A program made the translations under genes and the position numbers. Below are positions 20,901-29,232 of a stretch of DNA of 64,000 nt, piece after piece. The notes beneath the pieces were generated by a model, which saw nothing but the letters and a program-made list of their open reading frames with translations, did not search any database and was not told the DNA's origin. Source of the DNA: Myxococcota bacterium (GTDB lineage: Bacteria; Myxococcota_A; UBA9160; UBA6930); NCBI GenBank assembly GCA_965223705.1, contig OZ245015.1:768001-832000 (forward strand), read 5' to 3'. Position 1 is the stretch's first letter, and each line of letters opens with the position of its first letter.

Positions 20901-20946
20901 AACGCGCCAGTCGCATCGTGAATGAGGCGGGATTGTCGTCGACCAT
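17929..20946 (-). CDS. MMPL/RND-family efflux or lipid transporter
   Basis: Two repeats of 1 TM + large loop + 5 TM; ARAVSHTVQ and GIGVDYAIY motifs. Confidence 0.88.
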   Translation of the reverse strand: MVDDNPASFTMRLARFVVGNRGWIALALLSATLFFLYPTVNAVSTAFGTPLPGPVVRVDASARSLWPDHPFIHAQDEFSRHFGGSSLVAIAVVAREGTIFTPHILGKIRTITDRLDGVGYDSHTEEREALRAKLEADGLSSAEIGRELDRRYPPYPVNHDRVNSLAARSTRVVTIEADGAITSDVLMKTVPETQEEADRIRDLVLQNPPLIYGRLVSLDEQGAFISADFVSDRLNSREIYQAVFEHVQRIKAEEEDDKVAVYVSGEPTHQGWIIEHAFQIGLFVALTILVTFLLLLIYFRRLHGVLIPFIAALATALWGLGFTGWVGITFDPLVLVIPMIITARAVSHTVQMAERFFEDYERLAPEYGDDIDGAKNEAATQAMAELIVPGTLGIITDFLGLLVILITTIPQMRDLAVFGAFWVVSILFTVEILHPVMICYLPAPHDSKHYLPGFMVRGLTGLGNFVTHAVGKWVVAGTALLVLAVSTVIVLEHSTIGEANPGSFLLWPDHEFNVATAEIAERFGGVDSFVVYADGDRDNANADPEPIKRLEEFERWMRRYTDVGATVSIVPIIRAYWQQNHYGDPKWQFVPDEPGTVRNVLFQLKTNGPPGFLRPFMTDDSREANIQFFFPDHRGDTIRRAVEAARRFIVEHPIGAVNLRLDRDRAEDGAPFFSRESLLDKLYYMIGPMLPERHHTLRATLRTDDGAFTARLGTEVADASELPEWAGAFREAAIADYAEERSRVAEGEILWWPSRLGDWELSDVDAYWEDDELGIRALAIHTRDLIVQDLKAVDQTPKYQPTNSWTRGVQFVLAGGVMGILAAVNDEVERGHIANISLILLVVYVLQTLVYRSLWSGTIIVIQLATATMLSLAYMAWRDVGLNINTLPVQSVGVGIGVDYAIYIVDRIRQEVVHTRGDMAEAVRRAVRTTGMAVSFTATTIVGGIALWMLSDLRFQAEMAQLLVILMVINMLGALTIVPAFYAIVKPRFARALLEEAEAEARSEG

Positions 20947-21048
20947 GCTCGTCCTTGATGCGGAGCGGCTCCATGGCGCCGCGCCGCCCCGCGCAGGATA
21001 GCCGTGCGCCCTCGCTTCGCTCGCGCCGTCGGTTGCTACCGTCCTTCC

Positions 21049-22038
21049 GTGACTTCCCGCAAACCCACGTTGTTCGTGACCCGCCGACTGCCCGGCGCAG
21101 CACTCGCGTCGGTCGCCGATCGCATCGAACTCGACGTGTTCGAAGGCGACGCCGCTCCCGAACCGGAAACGTTGCTCGAGCGTACCGCTCGAGCCGACGG
21201 TTTGTTGTGTTTGTTGACCGACCGGATCGATACCGCCTTGCTCGCAGCGAGTCCCGGCCTACGCGTGGTTTCGAGCTGCTCGGTGGGGCTCGATCACGTC
21301 GATCTCGACGCATGCACGGATCGCGGCATTCCCGTTGGCCACACGCCCGGCGTGCTGGTCGATACGACCGCTGAACTGACGTTGGCACTCCTGTTCGCCA
21401 CCGCGCGCCGCATCGCGGAAGCGGATCGTTTCGTCCGGTCCGGAAGCTGGAAAACCTGGGAGCCGGAGCTCATGCTCGGCCGCGATCTCAGCGGCGCGAC
21501 ACTCGGGGTGATCGGCCTCGGTGCGATCGGGCGCGCCGTCGCAACGCGCGCGCAGGCCTTGGGAATGGACGTCACGGCTTGGTCGCGATCCGGTCGGTCC
21601 GTCGCCGGTGTTCGCAACGTCACCCTGGAGGAACTCTTACGCGGGTCGGACTTCGTCAGCATCCACGTCGCATTGGTCCCGGAGACGCGAGGCCTGATCG
21701 ACGCGGACGCGCTCGCTCGGATGAAGCCGGGGGCCATTCTAGTGAACACCGCACGGGGCGGAATTGTCGACGAAGGCGCGCTCGCGGAGCGCCTGTCGAG
21801 CGGAGCGATTGCGGCGGCGGGCCTCGACGTATTTGCCGACGAACCGCTACCGGCGGATTCACCGCTCCTCGGGCTTGCGAACGTCGTTTTGCTGCCGCAC
21901 ATCGGCAGCGCGAGCTATCGAACCCGAGAGCGCATGGCCGACCTGGCGGTGGCGAATGCGCTGGCCGGTCTCACGGGCGAGTGTCTGCCGCACTGCGGCA
22001 ATCCGGAGGTCTATTCGAGCGCGGCCGCGCGACACTGA
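21049..22038 (+). CDS. D-2-hydroxyacid dehydrogenase (glyoxylate/D-glycerate dehydrogenase type)
   Basis: GLGAIG, VNTARG, GLDVF..EP and LPHIGSA motifs. Confidence 0.9.
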   Translation: MTSRKPTLFVTRRLPGAALASVADRIELDVFEGDAAPEPETLLERTARADGLLCLLTDRIDTALLAASPGLRVVSSCSVGLDHVDLDACTDRGIPVGHTPGVLVDTTAELTLALLFATARRIAEADRFVRSGSWKTWEPELMLGRDLSGATLGVIGLGAIGRAVATRAQALGMDVTAWSRSGRSVAGVRNVTLEELLRGSDFVSIHVALVPETRGLIDADALARMKPGAILVNTARGGIVDEGALAERLSSGAIAAAGLDVFADEPLPADSPLLGLANVVLLPHIGSASYRTRERMADLAVANALAGLTGECLPHCGNPEVYSSAAARH

Positions 22039-22427
22039 TCGAGAAACTCGCGAGGCGAAACGACGCTGGCTCCGCGATGCTGACAGCGGCCCGAGAGGCT
22101 GTGGTCGGCGGTGACAACGCGAACGGCTTCGGGTGCCGGGGCTCGTCGAACGGCGGCCGCGATCCAGGCATCCGCCGACGGAGCGAAGACCACCCGCATG
22201 GCCGCGCCGTCTTCGCCGGGGGGCGCGGGCCGGGGACCGTCGAACACGACCGTCACCGGTGAGTCCTCGCTCGCCACCGGCGCGACGATGCGAAGGAGCT
22301 TGTCGCGCGCCTCGCGCCGCCACCAGCCCTCCTGCGTTTCGTCGCTCCGAACGAGGCCGCCGACCTGCAGGACGTTGAAGCCGTCGACCAACCACGTCGT
22401 GCGCTCACACACCTTTGCCATGACCAC
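22011..22427 (-). CDS. NYN/YacP-like PIN-fold nuclease domain protein
   Basis: LVDGFNV, VVFDG, SADAWI and VVTAD acidic motifs. Confidence 0.75.
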   Translation of the reverse strand: MVMAKVCERTTWLVDGFNVLQVGGLVRSDETQEGWWRREARDKLLRIVAPVASEDSPVTVVFDGPRPAPPGEDGAAMRVVFAPSADAWIAAAVRRAPAPEAVRVVTADHSLSGRCQHRGASVVSPREFLDQCRAAALE

Positions 22428-22476
22428 TAAAGTTAGAGCGGTTGCGGCCGTGCTGGGACTCGTCTACCACCGGCGC

Positions 22477-23352
22477 ATGGCGTCACCCGGGAAAGAGCTC
22501 CGCATCGGACTCGTCCAGCAACGCTGCGGGGACGATCACGAGGCGAACTTCGCCCGCGCGGCTTCCGGCATCGAAGAAGCTGCGGACCGGGGTGCCACGC
22601 TCGTCTGCCTTCAGGAGCTCTTCCGCACGCCGTACTTTTGTCAGAGTGAAGACGCGTCGGTGTTCGATCTCGCCGAACCCGTTCCGGGACCCAGCACCGA
22701 GCGGCTCGGCAAGCTCGCCGCGAGACGCGGTGTCGCGATCGTGGCGTCGCTCTTTGAGCGGCGCGCGGCCGGCCTCTATCACAACACCGCGGTGATCATC
22801 GACCGCGACGGGAAGATCGCGTCGCGCTATCGCAAACTCCACATCCCCGACGATCCTCTCTACTACGAGAAGTTCTATTTCACGCCCGGCGATCTCGGCG
22901 TCGAGACGGCGGACATCGCGGACGCACGGATCGCCACGCTCGTCTGCTGGGACCAGTGGTTTCCCGAAGCGGCGCGCCTCGCCGCGTTGGGTGGGGCCCA
23001 AGTGGTGACCTACCCGACCGCGATTGGCTGGCAGTTCGACGAGGGAGCGGAGATCGACGCGGCGCAGCGCGACGCCTGGGAAACGGTTCAGCGCTCCCAC
23101 GCCATTGCGAACGGCGTGTTCGTCGTCGCCGTCAACCGCGTCGGGCCCGAGGGAGGCATCCGCTTTTGGGGGAGCTCCTTCGTCGCAGACCCCTTCGGTC
23201 GCGTTCTCGCCCGAGCCTCCGAGACGGACGAGGAGGTGCTCGTGGTGCCCTGCGATCTCGGTAGGGTCGAGTCCGTCCGCAGGGACTGGCCCTTTCTCCG
23301 GGATCGCCGTGTCGACGTCTACGGAGATCTCGTGCGGCGCTACCGGGACTAG
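22477..23352 (+). CDS. aguB: Carbon-nitrogen hydrolase, probable N-carbamoylputrescine amidase
   Basis: LQELF, YRKLHIPDDP..YEKFYF and CWDQWFPE triad; adjacent to agmatine deiminase. Confidence 0.85.
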   Translation: MASPGKELRIGLVQQRCGDDHEANFARAASGIEEAADRGATLVCLQELFRTPYFCQSEDASVFDLAEPVPGPSTERLGKLAARRGVAIVASLFERRAAGLYHNTAVIIDRDGKIASRYRKLHIPDDPLYYEKFYFTPGDLGVETADIADARIATLVCWDQWFPEAARLAALGGAQVVTYPTAIGWQFDEGAEIDAAQRDAWETVQRSHAIANGVFVVAVNRVGPEGGIRFWGSSFVADPFGRVLARASETDEEVLVVPCDLGRVESVRRDWPFLRDRRVDVYGDLVRRYRD

Positions 23353-23353
23353 G

Positions 23354-24406
23354 GTGGAGCGGGAGAGCGACGAAGCGTCGCCCGCCGCCTCGGGTTTTCG
23401 ATGGCCAGCCGAGTGGGAGACCCACCGCGCGACGTGGCTCGCTTGGCCGCACAACCCCGAAACCTGGCCCGGGATGCTCGAGCGAGCGGAGGCGGCTTTC
23501 GCGGAAATCGTTCTCGCCCTTTGCGAGCTGGAAATGATCGAAATTCTCGTCGGCGACGAGCGGACGGAAGGTCGCGCGCGAGAGCGACTCGCGGCCCGCG
23601 GAGTACCCGATCGCCGGGTGGTCTTCCGACGGATTTCCACGGACGACTCCTGGCTGCGAGACACCGGACCGGTCTTTCTGTCGCGCGGGCCGGAGCTCGC
23701 CGGGATCGATTTCCAGTTCGATGCCTGGGGGGGAAAGTATCCACCCTGGGAGCGGGATGGCGCTGTGGGTCGTGCGGTGGCCGAGGCCGCGGGCGCCCGG
23801 GTGTTCGACGCGCCCTTCGTTCTCGAGGGCGGCTCGATCGACGGCGACGGCCAGGGGACCGTCCTCACCACCGAGAGCTGTCTGCTCGAATCGCGCCCCG
23901 AGGCCGGCCGCGATCGGGCTCGGATGGAGGGGCGCCTCGCGGACTTTCTCGGGGCTCGTTCGGTCGTTTGGCTCTCCGGGGCTGTTGCGGGCGACGACAC
24001 CGACGGCCATATCGATGACCTGGCACGTTTCGCAGCCCCGGGGATCGTCGTCGCCGGCCGCGAGGCGAATGAGTCGGATGCGAATTACCGCGCTCTCGAA
24101 GAAAACCTCGAGAAGCTCGCGTCCGCCGAAGACGCAGCCGGTCGGCGGTTCGAGGTGGTTCCCCTTCCGATGCCCAGTCCGGTGTGGGAGGGCGGGGTGC
24201 GCTGTCCCGCGAGCTATTTGAACTTCTACATCGCGAACGGGGCGGTCTTGGTCCCGACCTTCGACGTCCCCGAGGACGAACGCGCGATCGGTATTTTGGC
24301 CGAGCTCTTCCCGACGCGAGAGATGATCCCGATCCCGGCCCGCCCGCTCATCGTCGGCTTTGGCGCGGTCCACTGCTTGACCCAGCAGGAGCCCGCCGTG
24401 ACCTAG
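23354..24406 (+). CDS. aguA: Agmatine deiminase family protein
   Basis: PAEWE, WLRDTGP, LEGGSI, DDTDGHID, ASYLNFY and GAVHCLTQQEP. Confidence 0.92.
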   Translation: MERESDEASPAASGFRWPAEWETHRATWLAWPHNPETWPGMLERAEAAFAEIVLALCELEMIEILVGDERTEGRARERLAARGVPDRRVVFRRISTDDSWLRDTGPVFLSRGPELAGIDFQFDAWGGKYPPWERDGAVGRAVAEAAGARVFDAPFVLEGGSIDGDGQGTVLTTESCLLESRPEAGRDRARMEGRLADFLGARSVVWLSGAVAGDDTDGHIDDLARFAAPGIVVAGREANESDANYRALEENLEKLASAEDAAGRRFEVVPLPMPSPVWEGGVRCPASYLNFYIANGAVLVPTFDVPEDERAIGILAELFPTREMIPIPARPLIVGFGAVHCLTQQEPAVT

Positions 24407-24515
24407 TCGCGGGAAGTTGGTGCAGCCAGGGGCCGGATTAGGTACACCCAGGCAAGCCAAGACCCCGAGAAGCCAAGTCTTTCCGTTAAGCGGCTCCGCT
24501 CGTGAGGAGGTCATT

Positions 24516-26234
24516 TTGATCGAAGTCAAGGAACACGATCTGCTGATCGTCGGCGCCGGAGGCGCCGGCCTACGGGCGGCAATCGCCGCCGCCGAAGCGG
24601 ACCCGGAAGCGAGCATCGCCGTCGTTTCGAAGGTCTACCCGATGAGGAGTCACACCGTCTCCGCTGAAGGCGGTGCCGCGGCCGTCGCTCGGGCCGACGA
24701 CACCATCGAGATGCACGGGTATGACACCGTGAAAGGATCGGATTTTCTCGGCGACCAAGACGTCATCCAGTATTTCGTGGAGGAGGCTCCCAAGGAGCTG
24801 ACGCTCCTCGAGCATTGGGGTTGTCCCTGGAGCCGCAACGAAGACGGGTCCCCGGCGACCCGAGCGTTCGGTGGCATGACCACGAAGCGCACCTGGTACG
24901 CGGCCGACAAAGTCGGGTTCCACATCCTGCACACGCTGTTCCAGCACTCGATGCGGTTCGACAACATCGTACGCTACGACGAGAACTTCGCGACGGCGCT
25001 GCTGGTGGACGACGGTGCGGTACGCGGTGTGGCGTCGCTGTCGATCCGCGAAGGCATCGTGCGCTGCATTCTGGGCCGTGCGGTGATCCTCGCGACGGGC
25101 GGCGCCGGAAAATGCTTCCCGTTCACGACGAACGGCATGATCAAGACCGGCGACGGCATGGCGCTCGCTTACCGCGCAGGCGTTGCCTTGAAAGACATGG
25201 AGTTCGTGCAGTATCACCCGACCGGACTGCCCGGGACGGGCATTCTCATCACCGAAGCCTCCCGCGGCGAGGGCGGCTACCTGCGCAACGCCCAGGGCGA
25301 GCGCTTCCTGGTCGACTACGACTACGGCGTCGGAACCAAGGCCGAACTCGGTCCGAGAGACATGATCTCGCGCGCCATCATGGGAGAGATCGCCGCCGGT
25401 CGCGCGGTGAAGGGAACGTATGGCGAGCACGCGCTCCTCGATCTCACGCACTTGGGCGAAGAGAAGATCATGACGCGGCTGCCCTTCGTGCGAGAGCTCG
25501 GAACCACGTATGCCGGGGTCGATCCCGTGCACGAGCCGCTGCCGGTCCGCCCGGTGGTGCACTACATGATGGGCGGTGTCGATACGGACATCACGACCGC
25601 CACATCACTTCCCGGTCTCTACGCGGCCGGCGAAGTCGCGAGCGCCTCGCTCAACGGTGCGAATCGGCTGGGATCGAACTCGCTCACGGAGTGCCTCGTC
25701 TTCGGCGCGCGGGCCGGACTCACCGCACTCGAGTACGCGAAGGGCGTCGAGGCCGGTAACGAAGCGCGTCTCCGAAGCCAGACGGCGGACGAGGCCGAAC
25801 GGCTCGACGGTCTTCGCGGGCGCAAGAAGGGCGGCGAGCGCATCTCGCAGATTCGTCGCGAGATGAACGAATCGCTCGAGACCGGTTGCGGTGTCTACCG
25901 CGAGCAGGAGACCATGGCCCAGACCGTGCGCACCATGGCCCAGCTGCGGGGTCGCGTGGCGGACCTCGGCCTCGAAGACGAGAGCAAGGTGTTCAACACC
26001 GAGCTCGTCGCGGCCCTCGAGCTGCACAACATGGTCGATGTGGCCGAGACCGTGGCCATCGCGGCGCACGCGCGGAAAGAGTCTCGGGGCGCCCACGCGT
26101 GTAGCGACTTTCCAAATCGCAACGATCAGGAATATCTGCATCACTCCCTCGTTTACTGGGATCCTGCAGGTCCGCGCTTGGATAAGAAGTCGGTGAATTT
26201 GGGAACCTGGGAACCCGAGGAACGGAAGTACTGA
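24516..26234 (+). CDS. frdA: Fumarate reductase/succinate dehydrogenase flavoprotein subunit
   Basis: GAGGAG, RSHTVSAEGG, QYHPTG, HYMMGG, GANRLGSNSL and ESRGAH; GAGGAGG SD before TTG. Confidence 0.92.
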   Translation: MIEVKEHDLLIVGAGGAGLRAAIAAAEADPEASIAVVSKVYPMRSHTVSAEGGAAAVARADDTIEMHGYDTVKGSDFLGDQDVIQYFVEEAPKELTLLEHWGCPWSRNEDGSPATRAFGGMTTKRTWYAADKVGFHILHTLFQHSMRFDNIVRYDENFATALLVDDGAVRGVASLSIREGIVRCILGRAVILATGGAGKCFPFTTNGMIKTGDGMALAYRAGVALKDMEFVQYHPTGLPGTGILITEASRGEGGYLRNAQGERFLVDYDYGVGTKAELGPRDMISRAIMGEIAAGRAVKGTYGEHALLDLTHLGEEKIMTRLPFVRELGTTYAGVDPVHEPLPVRPVVHYMMGGVDTDITTATSLPGLYAAGEVASASLNGANRLGSNSLTECLVFGARAGLTALEYAKGVEAGNEARLRSQTADEAERLDGLRGRKKGGERISQIRREMNESLETGCGVYREQETMAQTVRTMAQLRGRVADLGLEDESKVFNTELVAALELHNMVDVAETVAIAAHARKESRGAHACSDFPNRNDQEYLHHSLVYWDPAGPRLDKKSVNLGTWEPEERKY

Positions 26235-26980
26235 TGAGCTCCGAGAAGAAAACATTCAAGGTCACGCGGTTCGATCCAGACCAAGACGAGCTGCCGCGCA
26301 CACAGACCTACGAGATTCCGGTTCGAGACGATTGGAAAGTGCTCGACGCGCTGAACTACATCAAAGACGAAGTCGATCCTTCGCTCTCGCATCGTTGGTC
26401 TTGCCGCATGGCTGTGTGCGGGAGCTGCGGGATGCAGGTGAACGGCGAACCGAAATTGACCTGCAAGACGGCGCTCAGCGACTACGGTGACACGCTCGAA
26501 GTGGAGCCCCTCGCGAACTTCCCCGTGATTCGCGACCTGGTCGTCGAGTTGGAAGGCTTCATGGAGAAGTTCAAGGCGGTGAAGCCTTGGATCATGTCCG
26601 CGAAAGAGCGCGCCGCGGAAGACGGCCCGACGACCCAGTCACCGGAAGAGCTGGCGGAGTTCAAGCAGTTCAGCATGTGTATCAACTGCATGCTGTGTTA
26701 CGCGGCCTGTCCCGTGGTGGGCAACGAACCGGATTTTCTCGGCCCGGCTGCGTTGGCGCTCGGTCACCGTTACAACCAGGATACGCGTGACGACGGCGCA
26801 GCGGAGCGCAACGACGTGTTCCGAGACGAAGGAGGGGTATTCGCGTGCTCGTACGCGAACGAGTGCAGCAACGTGTGTCCGAAGAACGTCGACCCGTCGG
26901 CGGCGATCCAGCAGGCGAAGCTCATGAACGTGCTGGATTGGGCGAAGAGCTTCGTCATTCCCCGAGGAGGTCAGTCATGA
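26234..26980 (+). CDS. frdB: Fumarate reductase/succinate dehydrogenase iron-sulfur subunit
   Basis: SCRMAVCGSCG, CINCMLCYAACP and C..ANECSNVCP Fe-S motifs. Confidence 0.92.
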   Translation: MSSEKKTFKVTRFDPDQDELPRTQTYEIPVRDDWKVLDALNYIKDEVDPSLSHRWSCRMAVCGSCGMQVNGEPKLTCKTALSDYGDTLEVEPLANFPVIRDLVVELEGFMEKFKAVKPWIMSAKERAAEDGPTTQSPEELAEFKQFSMCINCMLCYAACPVVGNEPDFLGPAALALGHRYNQDTRDDGAAERNDVFRDEGGVFACSYANECSNVCPKNVDPSAAIQQAKLMNVLDWAKSFVIPRGGQS

Positions 26981-27012
26981 ACTCCGTCGTCAGTCGAGGA
27001 GGCCAGTCATGA
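26977..27012 (+). other. 11-codon mini-ORF (MNSVVSRGGQS) formed by tandem duplication of the frdB stop/SD/start junction
   Basis: CGAGGAGGTCAGTCATGA and CGAGGAGGCCAGTCATGA direct repeat; ATGA overlaps at both ends. Confidence 0.55.
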
Positions 27013-27449
27013 GCTTGCGCGCGCGCGTAGACGCCATGAAACCGTCTCAGCCGGGCCCGACCCGGACGGCCCCGCCGCGGATGCCGAACAACTTCCCCGG
27101 GCGCGGCAACTACTTGGGTTACGTCGCTTTCGGTATGTGCGGGTTCATCCTGTACGCCGTTTCCTTTCTGATGTTGCGTGTTGTCTGGGCCCTCGGTGAC
27201 GGCGAGCGGTCCTGGAACCTCCTGATGGAGAGCTTCAAGAACCCGATCTACATCTTGTTCCATGTGTTTGCGCTGGTTGCGCTCACGTGGTTCGCCCTGC
27301 GGTTCTTCCGGCTGTTCCCGAAAACGCAGCCGCCGAGTCTCGGGCCGTTTCCGCGACCGCCGGACGCTTTCTTTTCCGTCGCGCTCAACGGCGGCTTCGT
27401 GCTGATCTCAGCGTTGGTGATCGCTGTTCTCTGGGGGGCGGTTCTGTGA
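27009..27449 (+). CDS. frdC: Fumarate reductase membrane anchor subunit C
   Basis: Three hydrophobic helices, NP...LFH...F.LFPK pattern, operon position. Confidence 0.7.
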   Translation: MSLRARVDAMKPSQPGPTRTAPPRMPNNFPGRGNYLGYVAFGMCGFILYAVSFLMLRVVWALGDGERSWNLLMESFKNPIYILFHVFALVALTWFALRFFRLFPKTQPPSLGPFPRPPDAFFSVALNGGFVLISALVIAVLWGAVL

Positions 27450-27805
27450 AATTCCTCATGCTGAAACTCGAGCCGATCATCTGGCAACTCTTCGGCGGGG
27501 GCATGCTGCTCGGCGCTTTCCTGTTCCCGGCGTACCTGTTTGTCGTCGGCTTCGCGGCGCCGACCGGAATCGCTCCCGCGGAGGGTCTGGCTTACGACCG
27601 AATGCTCGGGTTGGCTTCGAGCATCCCCGGTCGCGTCATCATCGCGGCCGCGATCGCCTTGCCGCTCTGGGCGGCAGCCCACCACGTGCGACACATCTTC
27701 ATCGACTTCGGCGCGCTCGCGAAAGACGGCGTGACGGGTCTCGCGTGCTATGGGCTTGCGGCGCTCGGTAGTTTGCTCGCGATCGTCGCTGTGATCCGGC
27801 TCTGA
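27446..27805 (+). CDS. frdD: Fumarate reductase membrane anchor subunit D
   Basis: EPIIWQLFGGGG and LPLWAAAHHVRH..D resemble FrdD; GTGA overlap with frdC. Confidence 0.85.
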   Translation: MKFLMLKLEPIIWQLFGGGMLLGAFLFPAYLFVVGFAAPTGIAPAEGLAYDRMLGLASSIPGRVIIAAAIALPLWAAAHHVRHIFIDFGALAKDGVTGLACYGLAALGSLLAIVAVIRL

Positions 27806-28086
27806 GCGAAATCGAAGACGCCGAAGCGCGCCGGGCGCGGATCGAAGAGAAGTTGCGCGAGCGCCTCGACGCGACGCACGTCACCGTCGAGGACGAGAGT
27901 CACCTCCACGCCGGGCACGCCGGCGCGCGCTCCGGCGCCGGACACTTCGCGGCAGAAATCGAGTCGTCGCGCTTTCGCGGCCTCTCTCGGGTCGCCGCGC
28001 AGCGCCTCGTTTACGACGCGCTAGCGGACGAGATGCCCCACGCGATCCACGCGCTGCGCATCAAGACGCGAGTCCCCGCGACGTAG
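27802..28086 (+). CDS. bolA: BolA family protein
   Basis: EDESHLHAGH, HF..I.S..F.G, RLVYDAL and IHALRI; start is CTG 27802 or TTG 27853. Confidence 0.88.
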   Translation: MSEIEDAEARRARIEEKLRERLDATHVTVEDESHLHAGHAGARSGAGHFAAEIESSRFRGLSRVAAQRLVYDALADEMPHAIHALRIKTRVPAT

Positions 28087-28118
28087 TCAGCTGAGGATCT
28101 AGCTGGGTATCGCGAGGA

Positions 28119-28231
28119 CGGGGCAGGTGGGGGTGCCGCGCGCAGTTCCGCAGCGCCGCTGACACGTGCGACGGATCTCTTTAGCCTCGCCGGCGCGAGG
28201 ATGTTTGAGCACGGTACCCCCACCTGCCCCG
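28119..28231. repeat. Long intergenic inverted repeat (16-bp perfect, 23-bp imperfect arms)
   Basis: CGGGGCAGGTGGGGGT (28119-28134) is the exact reverse complement of ACCCCCACCTGCCCCG (28216-28231). Confidence 0.85.
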
Positions 28232-28261
28232 GCCCTGCCTCGATCTGCGCGTAAAGACTCC

Positions 28262-29125
28262 CTAGCGGCTGCGCTCGAGATACGAGTCGTGCCAATCGTC
28301 GAGGGAGACGCTAAAGCCCGCGGCGCTGCGGTGTCCGCCGCCTCCGCGCTCTGTCGCGAGCTCCGCGACGTTGAAGTCGCCTACCGAATAGATCGATATG
28401 TCTACGCGCCGGGCTTCGACGTGATAGACAATTCCGCACGGAACGCCGTGGGCCGCTCGCGTCGCCAGCTCGTGCCCGATCCAGGGGCGGTGGGAGGACG
28501 ACGCGACGGCTTCTACGAGGTGCTCGCCGAGTTGCACCGGGTGCGCACCTTCGACGGCGCGATCGATGGCGAGCCGCTGTGCGCGAACGATGGGTTCCCC
28601 CTCTTGTGCCAGGCGCTCGGGATCCGCATCGGCGAGCCGGTCCCAGGTAGGGAAGCGCATGGGGTAGGAGGCGATTGCCGCATTGACTTCTCGTGAGTGC
28701 GGCAATTTGAAGCGCCACATATCTTGGTCTTCGATGTAGCCGAGGAGCTCCGGCAGGGGGACATCGGGGTTCCAATGGTGCCAAGCGAGAACCGCTCCCG
28801 AGGCGTTCAGGTCGAAATGAACGCGATGGTGCGGGTGCCGCCCGTAGCCCGCGAGACCGGAAGTGCCCTCGATTCGATCCCGCGCGGTGATGTGGTGGTC
28901 GACAATGTGGAGGATTGCCGCTTCGTCCCACAGCGATTCGAGTTCCCGGTTGCTCGGCGCGATGTCGACGAAGGCCACTTCGTCGCCCACGTGAGCCCCC
29001 GCCTCGATTCGCTCGTCGTGGCTGCGCGGGATGTAATGCGCGTCGTCGCCCCAGGCGTTTCGTACCGCCCAGGCTGCGCCAAAGCCGTCGGGACAACCCG
29101 CATGGTAGTAACAGACGCGAACCAT
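28262..29125 (-). CDS. DHH/DHHA1 family phosphoesterase
   Basis: YHAGCPDG, FVD, VDHH, IEDQDMW and GGGGHRSAAGF motifs. Confidence 0.88.
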   Translation of the reverse strand: MVRVCYYHAGCPDGFGAAWAVRNAWGDDAHYIPRSHDERIEAGAHVGDEVAFVDIAPSNRELESLWDEAAILHIVDHHITARDRIEGTSGLAGYGRHPHHRVHFDLNASGAVLAWHHWNPDVPLPELLGYIEDQDMWRFKLPHSREVNAAIASYPMRFPTWDRLADADPERLAQEGEPIVRAQRLAIDRAVEGAHPVQLGEHLVEAVASSSHRPWIGHELATRAAHGVPCGIVYHVEARRVDISIYSVGDFNVAELATERGGGGHRSAAGFSVSLDDWHDSYLERSR

Positions 29126-29232
29126 CTCGCGAGCTTAGCGGCTTTTTTCGAGAAGGATCGCCGGGCGCCGACTCATGTTTCGCGCCGGAGGCGCCGTAGA
29201 ATCAGAGCGATGGGAATCGAGGCGAAAGGGTC

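Noticed and set aside
28088..28245. SRP RNA, 6S RNA or tRNA identity for the inverted-repeat element
   Set aside because: No SRP helix-8 motif, cloverleaf or clear 6S central bubble seen on either strand; left unassigned
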